Source: an uncultured cyanobacterium (lineage in GTDB: Bacteria > Cyanobacteriota > Cyanobacteriia > Cyanobacteriales > CAWCAG01). Taken from it: a DNA stretch of 64,000 nucleotides. Shown here one piece after another: positions 60,606 through 64,000 of this stretch. The position numbers were made by a program, and so were the translations under genes. The DNA is taken from assembly GCA_963793425.1 (NCBI GenBank), contig CAWCAG010000007.1, forward strand, positions 128,001 to 192,000, given 5' to 3'. Within the stretch, counting starts at the first letter, position 1. The number at the start of each line of letters is the position of its first letter. The notes beneath the pieces were generated by a model. It did not search any database, was not told the origin of the DNA, and saw only the letters and a program-made list of their open reading frames with translations.

Positions 60606-63584
60606 TTAAGCATCTACTCCTTCAATGGGCGCAAATCCCTGACGTTGGACATTTTCAGTCACTGTACGGGGTTCAAGGAATTGTAAAAGATAATCTGGCC
60701 CTCCGGCTTTGGAACCGACACCAGAAAGCTTAAATCCCCCAAAGGGTTGACGGGAAACAATCGCCCCAGTTGTATTGCGATTGATGTAGAGGTTGCCGAC
60801 TGCAAACTCTTTACTTGCCCTATCTATATGGGAAGGAGTACGAGAATATAAACCCCCAGTTAGGGCGTAGTTAGTCCCATTAGCTACCTCTAAAGCAGCA
60901 GCAAAGCTATCTACTTTAATCACTGCAAGCACTGGTCCAAAAATTTCTTCCTGGGCAATGGTAGCCTTGGGGTCAACTTCGGTAAAGATGGTAGGGCTGA
61001 CGAAGTAACCTTGATCAGGAACATCAACTTCTAAAGCAACCTCTGCTTCTTCTTTCCCTTTAGCGATATAAGCTAAAATACCCTGCCTAGCTTTGTCATC
61101 CACCACAGGGCCAATTTGAGTACTAGGATCTTCTGCCTTACCAATATTCAGGGAACGAGTTGCTTCTACTAACCGGCTTAAGAAGCTGTCGTATACAGTT
61201 TCTAAAACTATTACCCGTGAACAAGCAGAGCATTTTTGTCCTGTATAACCGAAAGCAGATTGTACAATTCCTGCAACAGCTTGATCTAAATCAGCACTCT
61301 CATCCACAATAATGGCATTCTTACCCCCCATCTCCGCAATCACTCGCTTAAGATGTCTTTGCCCCGGTTGCAATATTGCTGCATCGGCATAAATGCGACA
61401 ACCAACTTCTTGGGAACCAGTAAAAGCAATAAGATGAGTATCAGGATGTTTAACTAAATAATCTCCCACAGTGGAACCCTTGCCAGGAACATATTGAAAT
61501 ACTCCGGGTGGTATGCCTGCCTCTACTAAAATCTCTGTTATCTTCGCAGCAATCACAGAAGCAGGGGCAGCCGGCTTAAGCAAAGTACAGTTTCCTGTCA
61601 CTAAAGCAGCAACAGCCATGCCTGTAGCAATGGCGATGGGAAAATTCCAAGGAGAAATAACTACAGCAATGCCTCGCGGTTGATAAAAGTAGCGGTTGGT
61701 TTCCCCAGCTAAATCATATTCATAACCTTGATCTAACCTTTCCATCTCTTCGGCATAGTAGCGGCAAAAATCAATTGCCTCAGAGACTTCTGCATCAGCT
61801 TGAGGCAAAATCTTCCCTACTTCCAAACTAATCCAAGCCGAAAGTTCATGTCGCCGTTGTTCCATTAATTCTGCTGCTTTTTGCAGAATTGCTGCCCTCT
61901 CCTTAACAGAGGTTTGTTGCCAACCAGGAAAAGCTGCTTTAGCTGCTGCCATAGCTGCTGCGGCTTGTTCAACAGAAATTTGCCCCACCATACCAACAAT
62001 TTCTTGGGGGCTAGAAGGGTTAACAGAGTCTATCGTATCTAAGGTTTGAACATATTCTCCATCAATCAACGGTAAATAGGTTTTTCCTAAAGATTGTTGT
62101 ACCTTTGTTAATGCTTCCTTTGCTGCTTGACGCTGGTTAATTTCGGCATAATCAGTATCGGCAGCGTTAGGGAAAGGTTGATGATCAATAGCTTGAAAGC
62201 TTGTCTCTTCCTCTGGTTGAGGCGGGGCAACCAACTCTTCAATGGGGCGCTGTTCCAAATTCTGCCGTAAAAAGGAACTATTCGCAGTATTCTCCAACAA
62301 ACGACGAATCAAATAAGCCATGCCGGGAAGAAGATTACCGTAAGGAGAATAAACCCTCACCCGATGCCCTCGCTTCACCAAAGCTTTAGCTAATTGATCC
62401 CCCATGCCATAAAGCACCTGCATCTCAAAACGACGGCGAGGAATCTGCAAAGTCTCTGCGATCGCCATTGCTTTAGCCTGGGAGCGCACATTATGGCTAC
62501 CAATTGCTGCATACAAATACTCATGGTTTTCCAACAATAGCTGTACCATGCTCTCAAAGTTAGCATCAGTGGCAGCTTTATCATTGTATACAGGCTGTTG
62601 CCAACCATGTTGGATTGATTTAATAGTTTCTTGATCCCAATAGGCTCCCTTGACCAAACGCACCGTCACCGGACAACCCCGTTTTTTCGCCCAATTAATT
62701 AACTCTTCCAAATCTGCTTGAGAATCTTGCAAATAGCCCTGTAAAGTTACCCCAACATCACTGCGATCACGAAACTCTTCTTCTAACAATAACTCTTTAA
62801 GGATAGTTAAAGTCATATCCTTATAACTATACTGTTCCATATCAAAATGAACAGCCGCCCCCAACTCTTTAGCCTTGCGGAGAAGAATACGAATGCGATC
62901 GCAGACTCTTTCTTTACTACCTTGAGGATCAAGAGGATCAAATTGAGAATAAAAAGCCGTCAGCTTAACCGACACCTGCACCTGGGGCAAAGCCTCCCCC
63001 TCAGCCACATCAATCTGTTCCACTGTTGACCAATTTTGGGCAGCTTGGGTTAACTGTGTCAATAATTCCAAATAGCTTTGTAAATAAGACTCTGCCTCCG
63101 CTTCAGTAATAACAGCTTCCCCTAACAAATCGATGGTAAAAGCCATCTTTTCTTTCCGCAAACGTTCAATAGTCTTAACAGTTTGCTTAATATTTTCCCC
63201 AGCAATATACTTATAAGCCAAAGTTTCCACAGCTTTAGTCACCGTAGCCGCAGCTAATTGGGCAGGAGGAGAATTCGGATCACTAAAATTAAGAATACTT
63301 TTCAATGCAGAGGGCAACTCCACTGACTCATCACCCAAGTATTCTTGTAAATGTCGGGCAATCTCGCTTTTACTGCGTAATGCAGGTAAACAGTCAATAA
63401 AGCGGAATAGCTGCACCCGTAAGTTGGGGTTAGCCATTGCCCAATCCAGGAGTTTATCATCCCAGCGCATCTGGTTTTTAACTTTGGCAAATAGAGAAGG
63501 CCTGTCTCTAGTCGCTTCTAAAAGCTGTTGGGCGATTTCTTTGGTTTTGGTTTCGTAATCTTTATCAGTTAATTGAGCAACCAC
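60606..63584 (-). CDS. putA: Bifunctional proline dehydrogenase / P5C dehydrogenase
   Basis: DLLGE, RLVKGAYWD, YLIRRLLEN, SPWNFP, EMGGKN, GQKCSA and EEIFGP. Confidence 0.97.
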   Translation of the reverse strand: MVAQLTDKDYETKTKEIAQQLLEATRDRPSLFAKVKNQMRWDDKLLDWAMANPNLRVQLFRFIDCLPALRSKSEIARHLQEYLGDESVELPSALKSILNFSDPNSPPAQLAAATVTKAVETLAYKYIAGENIKQTVKTIERLRKEKMAFTIDLLGEAVITEAEAESYLQSYLELLTQLTQAAQNWSTVEQIDVAEGEALPQVQVSVKLTAFYSQFDPLDPQGSKERVCDRIRILLRKAKELGAAVHFDMEQYSYKDMTLTILKELLLEEEFRDRSDVGVTLQGYLQDSQADLEELINWAKKRGCPVTVRLVKGAYWDQETIKSIQHGWQQPVYNDKAATDANFESMVQLLLENHEYLYAAIGSHNVRSQAKAMAIAETLQIPRRRFEMQVLYGMGDQLAKALVKRGHRVRVYSPYGNLLPGMAYLIRRLLENTANSSFLRQNLEQRPIEELVAPPQPEEETSFQAIDHQPFPNAADTDYAEINQRQAAKEALTKVQQSLGKTYLPLIDGEYVQTLDTIDSVNPSSPQEIVGMVGQISVEQAAAAMAAAKAAFPGWQQTSVKERAAILQKAAELMEQRRHELSAWISLEVGKILPQADAEVSEAIDFCRYYAEEMERLDQGYEYDLAGETNRYFYQPRGIAVVISPWNFPIAIATGMAVAALVTGNCTLLKPAAPASVIAAKITEILVEAGIPPGVFQYVPGKGSTVGDYLVKHPDTHLIAFTGSQEVGCRIYADAAILQPGQRHLKRVIAEMGGKNAIIVDESADLDQAVAGIVQSAFGYTGQKCSACSRVIVLETVYDSFLSRLVEATRSLNIGKAEDPSTQIGPVVDDKARQGILAYIAKGKEEAEVALEVDVPDQGYFVSPTIFTEVDPKATIAQEEIFGPVLAVIKVDSFAAALEVANGTNYALTGGLYSRTPSHIDRASKEFAVGNLYINRNTTGAIVSRQPFGGFKLSGVGSKAGGPDYLLQFLEPRTVTENVQRQGFAPIEGVDA

Positions 63585-63871
63585 TTTCTCTGCTAAACTC
63601 CTAATCGGTTACAAGGTTGGTAGGATAACCTAATATATGTCCAACCCTTTATCTTTACTGAAAGAAAGTTTACATGGCTCTATCTTTGGTTAGGTGTTAA
63701 CTTTCTATGCAGAGACAAATATAGAACAGCCAAGGATTAAAATCCCTGGAACCAACAGCCTAAGTTATCTTAAGATGACTACCAGATTCTGTAATTTTCC
63801 CAAGTGTTATTGGCTCTATTTTGTTGCTAACTCAATTAACTTTCCTGTTACCAATAAAGCAACTATTGCTA

Positions 63872-64000
63872 TCACAAAACTTGAGCTTTTAACCAAGCGC
63901 TAGGTAAGTAAAATAGCTTTTTCGGTGTGGGTACAAATGCTCTTTGGTTAAAAACATCGTAATCATTTTCTTCAATAACATCAAGAATACCTTGATAGAG
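63872..64000 (-). CDS. crtB: Phytoene synthase, 3' end (partial)
   Basis: [42 protein letters not shown]. Confidence 0.88.
   Translation of the reverse strand, partial: LYQGILDVIEENDYDVFNQRAFVPTPKKLFYLPSAWLKAQVL

Noticed and set aside
63694..63903. 69-aa plus-strand ORF
   Set aside because: It overlaps the crtB 3' end on the opposite strand and has no motif or clear RBS.

Overview
Cyanobacterial chromosomal window, identified from the abundant HIP1 octamer GCGATCGC, heptamer tandem repeats in intergenic DNA, and pipX/pipY, psaK, petM, chlD, ado/aar and fraCDE. Most genes are housekeeping: trp, fol and arg genes, accA, lpdA, murA, mraY, pdxA, nadD-nrtR, putA, crtB and tRNA-Leu(CAG). Four parts stand out. 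(1) At 31.3-38.6 kb is a tandem array of three paralogous Ser/Thr kinases alternating with two divergently transcribed type IV pilin-like genes. The kinases share a copied promoter and differ sharply in their C-terminal membrane regions. (2) A ~50-bp core repeat, with weaker homology over ~100 bp, occurs three times, and two inverted copies bracket part of the kinase array. (3) An intact but catalytically incomplete ISAs1-transposase-derived ORF sits directly upstream of the alkane genes ado-aar. (4) A decayed accessory patch at 57.3-60.6 kb holds a truncated PEP-CTERM gene, xisI broken by a 25-nt insert at a HIP1-like site, truncated xisH, an IS4 end, a membrane-domain/pilin fusion and MITEs. 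All calls come from reading motifs by eye; no database searches were run.
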